Assembly (NCBI GenBank): GCA_016713445.1
Contig: JADJPB010000001.1
Coordinates: 726,572-790,571, forward strand
From: Bacteroidota bacterium
GTDB lineage: Bacteria; Bacteroidota; Bacteroidia; AKYH767-A; OLB10
Direction: 5' to 3'
DNA length: 64,000 nt
Shown here: piece after piece, positions 53,073-62,723 of the stretch
Numbering within the stretch: position 1 is the first letter of the stretch
Layout: the number at the start of each line of letters is the position of its first letter
The notes under the pieces: model-generated
The model's database searches: none
The model's input: the letters and a program-made list of their open reading frames with translations, nothing else
Told to the model about the DNA's origin: nothing
Program-made: the position numbers and the translations under genes

Positions 53073-54735
53073 AATCTGCCCAAGCTTGCTTGGAAGCAGA
53101 TTATGAAAATCAAAAAATGCGGAGCATTCGCTTTGCTTTTTCCACTCGGAGCTAAATGGGTCCGCCAAACAGCTTTAGCTGGTTGGCACTCCCAGTTTTT
53201 CTGCCCAAGCTTGCTTGGAAGCAGATGACAAAAAACAAAATTCGCAGCTTTAGCTGCGTTGCTTTCTATTTTCAGAATGGAGACTAATGGGTCCGTCTCG
53301 TCGTGTTGCTTGCAACATGACGAGACATTCCCAGTTTTCTCTGCCCAAGCTTGCTTGGAAGCAGATGACAAAAAACAAAATTCGCAGCTTTAGCTGCGTT
53401 GCTTTCTATTTTCAGAATGGAGACTAATGGGTCCGTCTCGTCGTGTTGCTTGCAACATGACGAGACATTCCCAGTTTTTTTCTGCCCAAGCTTGCTTGGA
53501 AGCAGATGACAAAAAACAAAATTCGCAGCTTTAGCTGCGTTGCTTTCTATTTTCAGAATGGAGACTAATGGGTCCAACGAATAAAATCATATTGCTTGCA
53601 ATGTGATTTTATTCGTCAATCCCAGCGAGATCATTAATAATTGCAAAGCGAAGGCCCTCTCCAAGGTCGCGTTTTTGTTTTAGGGCATCTGCCCAAGCTT
53701 GCTTTCCCCACTCTCCCCTCGACAGGCTCATGGAGCATATTCTTTTAATTTAAATAATAACACTCTGTTCACTCATTCTCATTCTCATTCTCTCTCCTAT
53801 ATGGGTCCGTCTCGTCGTGTTGCTTGCAACATGACGAGACATTCCCAGTTTTTTTCTGCCCAAGCTTGCTTGGAAGCAGATGACAAAAAACAAAATTCGC
53901 AGCTTTAGCTGCGTTGCTTTCTATTTTCAGAATGGAGACTAATGGGTCCAACCGATAAAATCATATTGCTTGCAATGTGATTTTATTCGTCAATCCCAGC
54001 GAGATCACTAATAATTGCAAAGCGAATGCCCTCTCCAAGGTCGCGTTTTTGTTTTAAGGCATTTGCGCAAGCTTGCTTGCCCTACTCTCCCCTCGACAGG
54101 CTCAGGGAGCATACTCTTTTAATTTAAATAATAACACTCTGTTCACTCATTCTCATTCTCATTCTCTCTCTCCTATATGGGTCCGTCTCGTCGTGTAGCT
54201 TGCAACATGACGAGACATTCCCAGTTTTTTTCTGCCCAAGCTTGCTTGGAAGCAGATGACAAAAAACAAAATTCGCAGCTTTAGCTGCGTTGCTTTCTAT
54301 TTTCAGAATGGAGACTAATGGGTCCAACCGATAAAATCGTATTGCTTGCAATGTGATTTTATTCGTCAATCCAAGCGAGATCACTAATAATTGCAAAGCG
54401 AATGCTCTCTCTCAAGGTCGCGTTTTTGTTTTAGGATTGCATTTGCGCAAGCTTGCTTTCCCTACTCTCCCTCGACAGGCTCTGGGAGCATTCTCTTTTA
54501 ATTTAAATAATAACACTCTGTTCACTCATTCTCATTCTCTCTCTCCTTCTCATTCTCATTCTCTCTCTCCTATATGGGTCCGTCTCGGCGTGTTGCTGAC
54601 AACATGCAAAGATATTCCCGGATTTTTTCTGCCCAAGCTTGCTTCTCCTACTCTCCCCTCTACAGGCTCAGGGAGCATTCTCTTTTAATTTAAATAATAA
54701 CACTCTGTTCACTCATTCTCATTCTCCCTCTCCTT
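53073..54735. repeat. composite non-coding tandem array: three units of about 130-140 bp, then three units of about 375 bp, then a degenerate tail; built from hairpin modules P, Q, H1, H2 and S
   Basis: P = CTGCCCAAGCTTGCTTGGAAGCAG (imperfect palindrome), 10 occurrences; Q = 70-bp block with a GCAGCTttaGCTGC hairpin; H1 = GTCTCGTCGTGTTGCTTGCAACATGACGAGAC + ATTCCCAG + T7; H2 = CGAATAAAATCATATTGCTTGCAATGTGATTTTATTCG followed by an approximately 80%-identical copy of the tRNA-Lys 3' end and its 3' flank; S = 120-bp block with a variable (CATTCT)n(CT)n microsatellite. Confidence 0.9.
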
Positions 54736-54949
54736 TTTGCAGTACACACTCTCTAAAATTACTAAGATTCATTTTAACTTCAGGGTTCTGCTAGACTGAT
54801 GGACAAATATCTAACAGTCTAAATTGCTGTTTTAGCGAATCATTTTAATTGAGAATGATTATTTTCACGGAGTGAAATATGAGAAATAGTAATGAGTTTG
54901 GAGGTTAAAAACTCTAACTTTTATACTTCGCTCTTAAAGAATTAATACC

Positions 54950-55630
54950 ATGTCAGAAAACAACACCAAATACGAAAAGCAATTAGGCATCCTCAATTTA
55001 TTGGTAATCATCTTAACCTTTTATGTGTTGGGTGCCATAGTGGTAGATACCATCTACCCCCTTGATAAGGAAACTTCTACTTTATTGCATGATATTGATA
55101 TTGCCATTTGTATTTTCTTCTTGGGCGAATTTTCGGTTCGCTTTTATAGGGCAGAGAATAAATGGAAGTTTATGAAATGGGGGTGGATCGATTTATTATC
55201 CAGCATTCCTATGATTGAGCCCTTAAGAGCAGGTCGAATGCTTCGCTTGTTCCGATTACTTCGCATTGTGAGGGCTTTTCGGTCGACCCATCATTTGGTA
55301 CACCATGTTTTCAAAAATAAAATAAAGGGCACACTCACATCGGCAGTTATCTTTGCAGTGCTCATTATTATTTTTTCCTCCATTGCCATCTTACAGGTAG
55401 AGCATCATCCAAATAGCAATATTCTCACTGCTGAAGATGCTTTATGGTGGGCTTATGTTACAATTACCACTGTAGGTTATGGTGATTTGTATCCGGTAAC
55501 TACAGAAGGTCGGATCATTGCAGCCCTCTTAATGACTACAGGAGTAGGTTTGTTTGGGACATTTACTGCTTATGTTTCTTCTTTGTATGTGATAAGCCAG
55601 AAAAAAGATGAAGAAAACGGCGATAGATAA
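54950..55630 (+). CDS. voltage-gated potassium channel (compact 6-TM Kv-like)
   Basis: S4 voltage sensor RAGRMLRLFRLLRIVRAFR; selectivity filter TTVGYGD; 226 aa. Confidence 0.8.
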   Translation: MSENNTKYEKQLGILNLLVIILTFYVLGAIVVDTIYPLDKETSTLLHDIDIAICIFFLGEFSVRFYRAENKWKFMKWGWIDLLSSIPMIEPLRAGRMLRLFRLLRIVRAFRSTHHLVHHVFKNKIKGTLTSAVIFAVLIIIFSSIAILQVEHHPNSNILTAEDALWWAYVTITTVGYGDLYPVTTEGRIIAALLMTTGVGLFGTFTAYVSSLYVISQKKDEENGDR

Positions 55631-55695
55631 CATGACTAAACACTGAATTCAATATTTATTCTATTAAAAAAACTTTATTTTTTAAATACTTAACA

Positions 55696-57057
55696 TTAAG
55701 AATATAACAAACTACCCTTCCAATTTTGCTCAGCACATAAATTCCCAGATTTTGTTTGTTGAATTTTCGGGATAGAAAACGTAAATGTAGATCCTTCATT
55801 CAAGTTAGAAGAAACTTTAATTTTCCCACCGTAATTGTCCATCATCTTTTTTGCAACGGCTAAACCTGCTCCAGTGGATTCAAATGCATCTCGAGGGTTG
55901 ATAGTTTGAAAAATCACAAAGATTTTATCGAAATACTTTTCTTCAATTCCAATTCCATTGTCACTTACACTAAAATGACAATACTCCTCCTCCTCTTTAC
56001 AAGAAACTTTAATTTCACATTGTGATTTATCATTAAACTTGATGGCATTGTCTATAAGAATTTCCATTACCGATTTCCAAACGAACTCGTCCGTCTTCAC
56101 CAATGGCAATTTACTTTCTATTTTAATTTTGTAATTCCGATTGCTCGGCAACAATGATAATACTTGCTCCATTAAAACCTCTGTGTCTACTTCCTTTATT
56201 TGATTATCTCTTCGGTCTACTTTCGAATAGTTCAACAAAGCATCCAATAGCAATTCCATTCGCTGTACTCTGTTTTTAATCGTCAATAAATTTCTTCTTG
56301 TTTCCTCATTCAGATTATCTTCTAAGTCCATCTCCAAAAAATCAGCTAACGTACCAATAGCCCTCAAGGGTGCTTTGAGATCGTGAGAAGCTACGGAGGC
56401 AAATTTATCTAACTCCTTATTCGACTTTTCCAAGTTTTTAGTGTACCGTTGAAGTAGAAGGTTCGATTCCTCCAATAATTTATTTTTCTCCTCTAATTCA
56501 CGTTTTGATTTTTCCAAGCGTTGGATAATGATATTTTTACCGCTCTGTAAATAATTTCCTTGACTCGCTATGAGATAAAAAGAAAAAAGCGCATTCACAA
56601 TAAAATCCTGATTGATTAAATCCACATCGTCCTTAAACATGGCGAAGGAAGTCCAGTTTGTAAATTCAGAAATTAAATAAAAATAGATCGCATTTAACGC
56701 AAATAAAACAGTGAAAAATCGACCTCCATTTTTGCCTAACATTAAATAGGCATATAAAATAATGACACCATGATACAACAATCCTCCAGTACGAATTCCG
56801 CCACAGGAATAAGCCACGAAATGCAATAAGGCGAAAGAGGAAATTAATAGTATTCGATAAGAAATTAGTAATCGATCAATAGTGGCTATGAAAAAATAAT
56901 TGGTTAACATTAATGCTCCAAGCGATAAGATGACCCAAGGTAAGATTCCTGCTTGCGGAATTGTTGCCAACATTTTAGATGCCACTGCCAAACAAAACCA
57001 AGGCACCTGAAATAGAAAAGATCCGAAAGAGTACAAATCGTTGTTTATCGACAACAT
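55696..57057 (-). CDS. sensor histidine kinase (polytopic N-terminal sensor domain, HisKA, HATPase_c)
   Basis: H-box ASVASHDLKAPLRAIGTLADFLE; N, G1 and G2 boxes (…DNGIGIEEKYFDKIF…GTGAGLAVAKK…); coiled-coil linker. Confidence 0.8.
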   Translation of the reverse strand: MLSINNDLYSFGSFLFQVPWFCLAVASKMLATIPQAGILPWVILSLGALMLTNYFFIATIDRLLISYRILLISSFALLHFVAYSCGGIRTGGLLYHGVIILYAYLMLGKNGGRFFTVLFALNAIYFYLISEFTNWTSFAMFKDDVDLINQDFIVNALFSFYLIASQGNYLQSGKNIIIQRLEKSKRELEEKNKLLEESNLLLQRYTKNLEKSNKELDKFASVASHDLKAPLRAIGTLADFLEMDLEDNLNEETRRNLLTIKNRVQRMELLLDALLNYSKVDRRDNQIKEVDTEVLMEQVLSLLPSNRNYKIKIESKLPLVKTDEFVWKSVMEILIDNAIKFNDKSQCEIKVSCKEEEEYCHFSVSDNGIGIEEKYFDKIFVIFQTINPRDAFESTGAGLAVAKKMMDNYGGKIKVSSNLNEGSTFTFSIPKIQQTKSGNLCAEQNWKGSLLYS

Positions 57058-57522
57058 CTTCTTCGGGAATTGATGCGACTATATGTTCTCTAGAAAGAGC
57101 AGACAATATTGGTTTCATAGTGGTCTTAGTAAAAATAGTATACGAAGTAAAATACAAAGGGTTGCAAAGTCACTATTAAAGAGATAGAAATTCATTGAAA
57201 AAAAGCCTCACTAAGCATGGCTGTTCAGCATTAACAATATTTTCAAATGAAGACTCAAGCCCAATTTATAGATTATTAGATTGTAAGTAAATCCGATAAA
57301 ATTTGATTTCTCCTATTTATCAGTGTTCATTTTGAAATTTGAATGTATAGTTTAATTCATAGTCTGATAAGAACCCATAATAAACCTGTCCCGCAGCATT
57401 GCGCATTGTAGTTAGGCTGATTTGAGGCTATAACAACATTATGCAAAAATATTAAGGGGAAAAACTTATAGGATTTGGGCGCAAAATATTGCGTCCCTAC
57501 ATGAATTCAACAATTTACTAAA

Positions 57523-57644
57523 GCTCGCGTGCCATAAAATTGGATGATATCCAATTTTATGGCACGCGAGCTCTTTCTAGGGGGTGAATTTTTGTAGAGA
57601 CGCCATTAATGGCGTCTCTACAATTTGGTCGCGAGGCTTCGCGA
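57523..57644. repeat. cluster of three strong palindromes/hairpins in a 0.7-kb intergenic region
   Basis: 57523-57571 GCTCGCGTGCCATAAAATTGGAT-gat-ATCCAATTTTATGGCACGCGAGC (perfect 23-bp arms); 57594-57621 GTAGAGACGCCATTAATGGCGTCTCTAC; 57629-57644 TCGCGAGGCTTCGCGA (identical to 7680-7695). Confidence 0.7.
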
Positions 57645-57790
57645 TTTCCGATTAAAATATCCGTGAACTGTTATTATACCTTTAGCTTAGCCTGACGTCC
57701 ATGGGCAGCAGTGCGGGGTCATGACCCATCATGGAAATCCGTGTTCAATTCCATTGTTTAATCTATGAATCATTATATTTGACAAGCAAA

Positions 57791-58641
57791 ATGATTCAAA
57801 TGATTCCAATTCATGACTTAGAAGAGCACGAGAAAAAGGAAATCAAGATGATCGAGTTGGACAAGGCGCTCAAGAACGACGCTACCGAGCCACACCGACA
57901 TCATTATTTCGAGTGCTTTGTGTTTTTGAAAGGAGGAGGAACTCATATTGTCGATTTTGTAGAGTTTCCTATCGAATCGAATTCCATTCATATTGTTACG
58001 CCCGGACAAGTACATAAGGTAAAAAGGAAAATTAAATTCGACAGGCTTTGTATTTCTTTTGATATGTTCCACTTCGATCAGAAAAACAAATTGAACAATT
58101 ATTATTCGATCATACTTGCTTTGATGTAAACGAGTTTTCGCCGAGCTATCATTTTGAAGATGCTTTTACTGTTGAATTGAAGAACATAATCTCGCAAGCC
58201 TGGAATGAATTTAATTCACAAAGTCTATTGAAAAATCAAATTGTGTTGAATCAATTAACCTTACTTCTACTCTACTGTTTGCGACTTCGTGGTGAGAATA
58301 TATCAACGGAAGGTCAAGGAAAGGCTACAGGGCTTTATTCGGCGTTTAGGAGGCTTATGCATAACGAGTATAAATCACTTAAAAAGGTGAAAGATTATGC
58401 GGCTAGTTTGAATGTTACAGAGAAGTACTTAAATGATGAAGTGATGCAAAAATGTGGCGAAACGGTGAGTGCGGTCATTAGTCGACATCTTATTTTGGAA
58501 GCCAAGCGTTTATTGAATACGGGTGTCTCGGCGAAGGAAGTTAGTTATGAACTCAATTTTACGGATCCAGCTCATTTTAGTAAGTTTTTCAAGACACAAA
58601 CAGGTTTTTCACCCAGCGAATTCAAAAATATACATGAATAA
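57791..58641 (+). CDS. AraC family transcriptional regulator (cupin-like N-terminal domain plus HTH_18), frameshifted at about 58100-58180
   Basis: N-terminus …HRHHYFECFVFLKGGGTHIVDFVEFPIESNSIHIVTPGQVH…; C-terminus …VKDYAASLNVTEKYLNDEVMQKCGETVSAVISRHLILEAKRLLNTGVSAKEVSYELNFTDPAHFSKFFKTQTGFSPSEF…. Confidence 0.75.
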
Positions 58642-58706
58642 GTCGGAATTATACATGGTCTCTTCTTTTTAGATGGGCTATTTTTGTTTCATCAAATTCC
58701 TAGATC

Positions 58707-59969
58707 ATGAAAAAAATTCAACTTCTACTTGTTTTTGCACTTTCTTTTTCCACTCTTCAAGCGCAACCTCAAAACTGGTTTCAAATCTCGAGTGGCACAA
58801 CAAAAAACTTAAATACAATTCATTTCCCATCTCCATGGGTGGGTTACATTGGAGGCGACGACAGTTTACTTTTAAAAACGACAGACGGAGGTCTCACTTG
58901 GAACTCAATGAATCCATCGGGAATAAATTTCTTGAGTTGGAATGCGAATATCATCAATCTGCAATTCCTCACCGATTCTATCGGATACCTCACCATTGGT
59001 CCGTACGCGACTAGTTACAAAACTGTCGATGGTGGATTGCACTGGACATCGAATAATTTATTTGGAAACAATTGTTATAATCATGGACTCTTTTTCTTTG
59101 ATCCTGATAACGGTTTCATTGGCGGATCGGGTTGTTTTCAAGGAGAACTTATTTCGAAATTAACAGCAGGTATTTGGAGTCAAGCTACGATGAATAGTTC
59201 AACTTGGGATTCTCAGAACATGATCGTTGATATTGATTTCTTCAATACGCAACTTGGCTTAGCGGCCAGCACAAGCGGACTTATTTTCCGTACCACAGAT
59301 GGAGGATTCACCTGGGACAGTATTCCTTCCAATCCCTCCATGAACCCGCTTACTTCTGTGTTAATGGTCAACGACACCTTGGCTTATGCAGGGTATCAAT
59401 CATTGAGTGTTGGCTTTGGATTGTATATTTCTACCGATGGTGGATTAACATGGGCTGAAGATCTTAATTCAGCTACTTTTTTCTATCCAGATTTTTTGTC
59501 ATTGCATCAATCAGGAAGTGGTGAAATCTTTTCGGGTGGAATTTCACAAGGTGGAATAGATGGTTTAATATTTAATAGCCCCGGTGATATAATAAGTTGG
59601 AATTTTGCAGTGGTTGATCAGCAAATCAATTCCATCTCTTCGAACAACGATTCAACCGTATTTGCTGTAGGTGATAGTGGATATATAGTAGTCAATAAAA
59701 TATTGACTGGATTACTTTCCCATAATGCTCCACAGTTGGTAGAAATAAAAATTTCACCGAATCCGACGAATCAATATTTTCGGTTAGAATTTCCGCAGCA
59801 TATCAATACTTCGAACATCACTACCAAAATTTATTCATTGCTTGGTGAATTGGTGCAAGTCGAAACGAATGCTACAACTATTGACATTCGCAAATTAGCT
59901 GCTGGTGTTTATGTAATAGAAGCTTTTGCAGATGGGTTTGTGGGGAGAAGTAAATTGGTGGTGGAATAG
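58707..59969 (+). CDS. BNR/Asp-box repeat protein with a T9SS C-terminal sorting domain
   Basis: Signal peptide MKKIQLLLVFALSFSTLQA; four xxDGGxxW Asp-boxes (TTDGGLTWN, TVDGGLHWT, TTDGGFTWD, STDGGLTWA); CTD …ISPNPTNQYFRLEF…AAGVYVIEAFADGFVGRSKLVVE*. Confidence 0.75.
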   Translation: MKKIQLLLVFALSFSTLQAQPQNWFQISSGTTKNLNTIHFPSPWVGYIGGDDSLLLKTTDGGLTWNSMNPSGINFLSWNANIINLQFLTDSIGYLTIGPYATSYKTVDGGLHWTSNNLFGNNCYNHGLFFFDPDNGFIGGSGCFQGELISKLTAGIWSQATMNSSTWDSQNMIVDIDFFNTQLGLAASTSGLIFRTTDGGFTWDSIPSNPSMNPLTSVLMVNDTLAYAGYQSLSVGFGLYISTDGGLTWAEDLNSATFFYPDFLSLHQSGSGEIFSGGISQGGIDGLIFNSPGDIISWNFAVVDQQINSISSNNDSTVFAVGDSGYIVVNKILTGLLSHNAPQLVEIKISPNPTNQYFRLEFPQHINTSNITTKIYSLLGELVQVETNATTIDIRKLAAGVYVIEAFADGFVGRSKLVVE

Positions 59970-60035
59970 ATTTAGTAGCGTATAAAGCTCATGTTTTAGA
60001 CCCTGCTTGCGCTGAAGCTTCATCAGGCAGGCATG

Positions 60036-60170
60036 GATGACACGGATTAAACGGATTTCCACGGATTTTCCTATGTAAAGTTGAATTCACAACCACATTA
60101 TAACTTCTTGTTGTTGAAAATGTATATAATTGTTAGAGCAATCCAGATTTATTATTTTAATCCGTGTCAT
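60036..60170. repeat. 13-bp perfect inverted repeat (GATGACACGGATT … AATCCGTGTCATC) enclosing about 109 bp with three ACGGATT direct repeats
   Basis: Lies in a convergent intergenic region. Confidence 0.5.
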
Positions 60171-60258
60171 CAGTGTTCCCTTTTCTCATCTTTTAACGAG
60201 TTTACTTTATTAACTTTTGTCAAATTAATAAAACCAGACACTTTTAAAATCTAACTTC

Positions 60259-60588
60259 TCAAAGCATCTCATAAACTCCATAGCTCAACACCAGCAAACC
60301 CACAATGGTAAAACCATATAAAAAGAAATCGAAGTTATGATCATTATGAAACAGAATTACTGTCATAATGATTCCAAAAAGCATAATAATTCCACCAACA
60401 ACAATGATGATGCCTGCTCTACCCTTTCGTTTTTTGTAAATCAATAACTTTAGTTTGCATAAAGCTTCAGTAAGCATTACTTCATTTAAACCTTCTTTTT
60501 TAAGGATGCTTTGAATAGCATCTATAGGATATCCTTCTCGATGCAATTTTAAAGCTTTGTTCCAATAAAGCGTAGCGTTTTGATCCAT
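60259..60588 (-). CDS. hypothetical small membrane protein
   Basis: 109 aa; C-terminal two TM helices. Confidence 0.35.
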   Translation of the reverse strand: MDQNATLYWNKALKLHREGYPIDAIQSILKKEGLNEVMLTEALCKLKLLIYKKRKGRAGIIIVVGGIIMLFGIIMTVILFHNDHNFDFFLYGFTIVGLLVLSYGVYEML

Positions 60589-60893
60589 GCTATTTCTTTA
60601 AGGGCTAAAGATGAAAAACTTTTATACCTTTAAAAATGACTTAAATCAGTTCAAAAATCACATTCCATACTAAGTACATAATTGAATTCTTGCTTAGTCA
60701 AGATGAGACATTTGCCAGCATAACACCAAATAAATAATAATATTTCAAACCACTAAAAACGAAATTATGTTTGTTTTATTATTGAATAACAATAAGTTAC
60801 TTGCAATTTTAGTTTATAATCCTGCATCACTTAATTTACATTCGAAATTGATATATAAATAAACCTTGACATTAAATTGCGGGATTTCTACAT

Positions 60894-61775
60894 TTGAGAA
60901 CATCAAAATCATATACTATGAAATCGAAACTCTACTTAATCATTGTATTACTCTTTGCTTCATTCATTAGCTATGCACAAAATCCAGTACCAAATCCAGG
61001 TTTTGAAACTTGGAACAATGGAAATGCAACCGATTGGGTAAGCAATAATGTTCCAGGCTTATATACTCCCGTTACACAATCTACTTCCGCACATTTAGGT
61101 GGCTCATCTGTAAAGGGAGATGTAGTAAATTATTCAGGAACTAACATTCCACCTCTTTTGTATAGCGCTCCAGTAGGGTCACAAAGTGGATTTCCAATCA
61201 CTACGTCGTACAATGTTTTAAGATTTTATTATAAATTTGTTTCAAGTGTAGCTAATGACGTACTAACAACTTTTGTAAGTTTTCAGGATATAAATAATAA
61301 TACAGTTGCGTATGGGGCAGGAAATTTATCAGTTGTATCAAATGCATGGACATTAGGAGAGATTCCACTTAATTATACAGGTACTAATCCTACCAATGCT
61401 GTTATATCATTTTCAATTAGCAATAACACAGGAAACATTCCCGCTATTGGTACCTATTTCCTCATTGATGATGTTTCACTTGATATTTCATCAGGTCTTT
61501 CAGAAGCCAATAATCTGAGCATCGGAAATTTGTATCCAAATCCAACAGAGCAACAAATTAATTTACCATTTCACTTAAATCAATCGGGTCAAACAAAACT
61601 GCAAATAGTCGATCTGCAAGGACGTGTTATTTATACGTTGCTTGATCAGTACTTGCCTGCTGGCGATTATCGAATTCAAGAAGATTTTGAAATATTGGAA
61701 AGTGGTTGTTATTTATTTCAATTGCAGTTTGAGAATAATATCGTGAGCAAGTTATTTCAAATTCATCAAAATTAA
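60894..61775 (+). CDS. secreted protein with a T9SS C-terminal sorting domain (function unknown)
   Basis: Signal peptide MKSKLYLIIVLLFASFISYAQ; CTD …LYPNPTEQQINLPF…GCYLFQLQFENNIVSKLFQIHQN*. Confidence 0.65.
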   Translation: MRTSKSYTMKSKLYLIIVLLFASFISYAQNPVPNPGFETWNNGNATDWVSNNVPGLYTPVTQSTSAHLGGSSVKGDVVNYSGTNIPPLLYSAPVGSQSGFPITTSYNVLRFYYKFVSSVANDVLTTFVSFQDINNNTVAYGAGNLSVVSNAWTLGEIPLNYTGTNPTNAVISFSISNNTGNIPAIGTYFLIDDVSLDISSGLSEANNLSIGNLYPNPTEQQINLPFHLNQSGQTKLQIVDLQGRVIYTLLDQYLPAGDYRIQEDFEILESGCYLFQLQFENNIVSKLFQIHQN

Positions 61776-61800
61776 TAAATGGGTTAAAAAATGCCCCCTT

Positions 61801-62424
61801 TCAACTCAACGTAAAATACTCAGGCTTTTCAATGTCATATACTCGGATAACTCCAAGTGAAATTAGGTTGACAACAATTCTTTGCGCTCGCCATCTTGAA
61901 ATATTGATCAACTTACAATATTCTTTCAAAGTAATACGTGGGTTTTCTTTAAGATAATCGAGCAATGCTTTTTCCTTGCTGGTAAATTCAACAACCGTAT
62001 GATTTGACGAGCTTTTTCTCTTCAATACTTCTACTACGACTTTGCTGGCGAGAAGACTTTGATCTTTTTGTCGGATATACACCCATTTCTTCCCTACTTC
62101 GTCTATCGCATAAAACGGTTTATCCTTTCCTTCTGGAACTAATACTTCCAAAATTACTTTTCCCCTGACATTCCATTCATGAATACGAAGATCGATATTG
62201 GGATGACACAAAGACATTGCCGCCTTTTCCAACATAAACTTTTCTTCCTCTGCTTTTATTCCGCAGATGCTTCCATCATCCCGAACACCCACTAACAAAG
62301 TTCCACCACGATGATTGGCGAAAGAGACCATCGTCTTCGCAATTCGATGCGCATTACTGATTTCTTTCTTGAAATCGAGCATATCGCCCTCGCCTTGATC
62401 AATGATATTCTGGATGCGTTTCAC
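61801..62424 (-). CDS. AlbA_2 (divergent AAA / Schlafen-like) domain putative DNA-binding protein
   Basis: …ESDMLDFKKEISNAHRIAKTMVSFANHRGGTLLVGVRDDGSICGI… is characteristic of PF04326; C-terminal HTH-like region. Confidence 0.55.
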   Translation of the reverse strand: MKRIQNIIDQGEGDMLDFKKEISNAHRIAKTMVSFANHRGGTLLVGVRDDGSICGIKAEEEKFMLEKAAMSLCHPNIDLRIHEWNVRGKVILEVLVPEGKDKPFYAIDEVGKKWVYIRQKDQSLLASKVVVEVLKRKSSSNHTVVEFTSKEKALLDYLKENPRITLKEYCKLINISRWRAQRIVVNLISLGVIRVYDIEKPEYFTLS

Positions 62425-62723
62425 GTGACAAGTATATAAAAATCATTTTAGATTCTTGTTGAATTTCTGTAAACTGAACAATACAATCAGGGATTAAAAT
62501 CATTTTCTGATTAGAGACTACCAATTAACACGGAGGAAACTGAGTTTTCCACAAAGGTCACTATGTTCTTTTAAGTAAAATTAAACTGTGTTCTCTGTGT
62601 AAATCTTTGTGAACGCTGTCGTTAATGATGATTTATAAAGTGACCATCAATTAATTTTAACTTGGAATATTGCAGAGTCTAATGAATGAAAAGTATCTAT
62701 ACGAACCTAGAAATGAAAGGAAA

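Noticed and set aside
53048-54396. Family of similar minus-strand ORFs (MDPLVSILKIESNAAKAANFVFCHLLPSKLGQKK…, 60-107 aa) inside the tRNA-Lys array
   Set aside because: They are simply translations of the reiterated stop-free repeat modules, with no RBS or start context and a sequence that repeats with the DNA unit. I treat the region as non-coding.
949-58180. Interpreting the many split genes as true pseudogenes of a degrading (e.g. host-restricted) genome
   Set aside because: Every reconstructable lesion is a 1-bp homopolymer length change. Essential single-copy genes (rpsO, pnp, rpe, dapF) are hit, and intergenic regions are short with intact operon structure. A sequencing-chemistry artefact is far more parsimonious.
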